NCBI RefSeq assembly: GCF_000981445.1 | Contig: NC_027216.1 | Span: 2,418,001-2,482,000 of the forward strand | Reading direction: 5' to 3' | From: Babesia bigemina | Taxonomy: Eukaryota | DNA length: 64,000 nt | Shown here: positions 61,342-64,000 of the stretch, one piece after another | Position numbering within the stretch: the first letter of the stretch is position 1 | Layout of the letters: each line of letters opens with the position of its first letter | Notes under the pieces: model-generated | Database searches by the model: none | What the model saw: the letters and a program-made list of their open reading frames with translations, nothing else | Told to the model about the DNA's origin: nothing | Made by a program: the position numbers and the translations under genes

Positions 61342-63765
61342 ATGGAAGTCCGCGTTATTTGCGACTGTACGGACTGCAGCAGCAGGCTCGTCGAGATCGG
61401 AGGCGTCAACGTACTCTGTAACCTGCCCACGCGCCTGCTCAAACAGTGCAAGACCGAACTCGGGCAGTCGTACTACTGCCACAGCAAGGGATACCACAAC
61501 CAAGAACTATACGCGAAGCTGCTTTGTTTGAACATACACATCATTGTTGTCACCACGCCGCGTGGACTCGACGGACTCGACACGCTGCGCAAATTCTACG
61601 ACCTCAGCTCGACACATATTGTATGTACCAGGCCGGTATACACCATAGCCAGCCTCTCAGCCCCAAAAACCATCGAAGAAGGGCCCATAGCAGCCATAGC
61701 CACGGATGTTAAGAATGTCCAACACTACAATCGCAACACGAAGGTGGCCACGCCCAGGAGGAACGCAGCGACCGAGGACTACCAGGAGACGCCAAGGTCC
61801 GCAGCCCATCTAATGGATTATGATGACGACTATTATGATGAATATATATATCCATACGATAAGTACGGGTATGTCGGAGGGCGGAATCGCACATGGCACA
61901 CACTGGAATCGGTAGGACATATGCTCCCTATCAACGCCGGGCGAGGTGAAAGCACGCGCAGAGTGGATCACATTATGCGCCGAGGGGTGCAAGAAACCCA
62001 ACCGCCACACGTCAATACACAAGAATCAAGAGATGTCATGGCCTACTCAATGCGAAAGGCGCTAGTCAAGGAAAAGATACAGGTGTTGGCATCAGCCAGC
62101 ACCAAGGGCATGGAACGGCAGCCGCCACTGGACGCCTGCTTCAACACACCCAACAGCTACGTCAGACACAGGGCATCCAGCGCATACAGTATGCAAGAAG
62201 AGTGCTTCAACTGGAGAGGGGACAGATCCGAAGACCTCGAAGACCAACCTATGATCAAGGACCCCAATCTGCCAAACACACAGTTGTTACACGCGGTCTC
62301 ATACAATGAGATAGTCACCATTGTAATCGATGGTGCAGATGTATACAAACGAAGCAGGAGAGGCGAAAGAAGCCGCAGCATGGAGTCTTTGTTCGACAGG
62401 AGCCGCTTCGTTTTCAAGGCGACCATCGAGCTCTGCGCCTTCAGCAGCGGATTCTCACTCGGGTCCAGCAACTGGACAATCACGCACGCCGAGACGTTTA
62501 CGCGCGTCGCCCTCATCGGGGAAACGGGAGAAATCGGGTATCATAGGTATTGCAAGCCTCCGGATTTGTCCTTCGTGTACAAGGCGGACATGCTGGTGCT
62601 GCTGGACAACGCCGTGGCGGCACGCAACGTCCAGCAGCAATTCAAGGTCGAACCGCATCTCAGGCGAGAGGTCAAGAGACAAAGGGACGATGTGCAGAAC
62701 GCACAACTGGACAACCTATGCAAACAAGCGTTGGAGGGGCTGCAGAATGCCGAAGGAGTCGTGATAGTAGCCGACCCCTATGGAGAGACTATATTTGATC
62801 TGCTGGAGCACCTGGAGTTATACATGCAGAGGTACCTCAAGCATCACGAACGTGTCCTGATATACGCGCTGGGAGAGGGTATGGTTAACATTCTCAGCTA
62901 CGCCGACAAGTGCGCCGAGTGGGTTGAGCCGCGCAGGGCAGACAGAACTATGCATCATGAAACACCAAAATCGCCCTTCACGGTGCTCGCAGAAATGAGG
63001 GATGGGAACAGGCTATTCATAGGCAACACTACGGAAGATATTAAGGACGTATACAGGTACCCCTCAATTGTGGTGGCCACGTACGATCAGGTGACCATAC
63101 CATACCTCGCTGGGAGAATGCACGCGGGCGCTACAATGATAGCCACCGCTGTGCACTATAGTGACGAGCTGCTTCATCTGGCGACCGAGATGGGCATACA
63201 GGCTCGGATAATGAACGTAACGCTAGACTTCAGGGTCATGGCGGAGCACCTGGCACTGATGCTGGGCACCAAGTGCCAAATCATCACCTCCAAAAACATG
63301 AAGGCGCGGATGTCACCGTCCCTAAGGTTGATAGCCGGGGACAACGTCAGAATGCCCATCGCAGGGCCCTCCGGATTGCTCACCACCGACACCAGGGCCG
63401 AGTACATCAGTCGAGCGCTGGCACGGATAAGGCCTATCATAGGAGGCACGGGAGCCGTTCCCGTACACATCACGGTTGCCGATGGCGAGTTGCAGCAGGC
63501 AACGCCGATAAACTTGCCTGACGACGAACCCAGATTCACATTCGGCACATTCACACCAACGCAGCTGCTCGAGAAACTCAGGATGTTAGGACTAAATCAA
63601 TGTCACATACGAAACCCAACAGATGGATATCCCATTGAAATTATAGTGGACGAGGAGTGTTCCATTATTCTGGAATCGCCATACGAGACCAGTGTCAACA
63701 CCGCGTCGTCCGAAAAACGCAGGCTTGTCACCAGGGCGTTGGAGCAGCTCTGCACCGTACTATAG
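61342..63765 (+). CDS. INTS9: Integrator subunit 9-like metallo-beta-lactamase/beta-CASP pseudo-nuclease
   Basis: FSSGFSLGSSNW, IVCTRPV and DPYGETIFDLLEHL motifs; no HxHxDH metal-binding motif. Confidence 0.75.
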   Translation: MEVRVICDCTDCSSRLVEIGGVNVLCNLPTRLLKQCKTELGQSYYCHSKGYHNQELYAKLLCLNIHIIVVTTPRGLDGLDTLRKFYDLSSTHIVCTRPVYTIASLSAPKTIEEGPIAAIATDVKNVQHYNRNTKVATPRRNAATEDYQETPRSAAHLMDYDDDYYDEYIYPYDKYGYVGGRNRTWHTLESVGHMLPINAGRGESTRRVDHIMRRGVQETQPPHVNTQESRDVMAYSMRKALVKEKIQVLASASTKGMERQPPLDACFNTPNSYVRHRASSAYSMQEECFNWRGDRSEDLEDQPMIKDPNLPNTQLLHAVSYNEIVTIVIDGADVYKRSRRGERSRSMESLFDRSRFVFKATIELCAFSSGFSLGSSNWTITHAETFTRVALIGETGEIGYHRYCKPPDLSFVYKADMLVLLDNAVAARNVQQQFKVEPHLRREVKRQRDDVQNAQLDNLCKQALEGLQNAEGVVIVADPYGETIFDLLEHLELYMQRYLKHHERVLIYALGEGMVNILSYADKCAEWVEPRRADRTMHHETPKSPFTVLAEMRDGNRLFIGNTTEDIKDVYRYPSIVVATYDQVTIPYLAGRMHAGATMIATAVHYSDELLHLATEMGIQARIMNVTLDFRVMAEHLALMLGTKCQIITSKNMKARMSPSLRLIAGDNVRMPIAGPSGLLTTDTRAEYISRALARIRPIIGGTGAVPVHITVADGELQQATPINLPDDEPRFTFGTFTPTQLLEKLRMLGLNQCHIRNPTDGYPIEIIVDEECSIILESPYETSVNTASSEKRRLVTRALEQLCTVL

Positions 63766-64000
63766 CACCGACGGGTGCCGCTTGCGCCCTGTGTAGTTGC
63801 CCCAAAACTGAGTGCGGACGGGCACCTGCTTTATGTAGCCCTGCGGATACCGCGACATGCGCTCCCGACGACGCTTGAAGTACGTCACGTACTCCAGGTG
63901 ACGAGGCAGCAGCGGAGTGGATTCAACGGGCATCCGGAACTTCAGCCGCAATTCACCATTGACGAATGCGCACTTTGTCGCGTGCTGACGTCCCAAGTAC
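63760..64000 (-). CDS. 3' end of an unidentified basic protein running in from the right edge
   Basis: Open frame ending at TAG 63762-63760, convergent with INTS9. Confidence 0.5.
   Translation of the reverse strand, partial: YLGRQHATKCAFVNGELRLKFRMPVESTPLLPRHLEYVTYFKRRRERMSRYPQGYIKQVPVRTQFWGNYTGRKRHPSVL

Overview
Eukaryotic, gene-dense DNA with many 30-45 nt spliceosomal introns. It is almost certainly a piroplasm of the Babesia sensu stricto group (B. bigemina/B. ovata-like), judged from the ves-family genes, CDPK4, TrxL1 and RAP-domain gene. The first ~4.9 kb is a variant/contingency island: a frameshifted ves-associated multigene-family fragment, a short ves2-like gene and a degenerate Cof-type HAD hydrolase. 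The remainder is core genome with about 30 genes: CDPK4, TFIIE-alpha, Ub-L40, two tandem hexose transporters, VTT/DedA, TrxL1, a J-like protein, a CHY-finger protein, a NOT1 (NOT1-G-like), a WW/FF protein, RFC, MORN, tRNA-Leu(CAG), RAP, Tim21/Coa1-like, CDC5L, a PROPPIN, an ATP-synthase accessory subunit, WTAP, a PPR-like protein, eIF4G, TBP and INTS9. Two observations stand out. (1) One hexose-transporter paralogue has substituted sugar-binding residues and a 17-Cys metallothionein/VESA-like cassette in an extracellular loop. (2) A coding-looking 79-aa ORF stops 1 nt before the TFIIE-alpha start, which suggests a bicistronic or reinitiation unit. All family assignments come from motif recognition by eye; no database searches were run.
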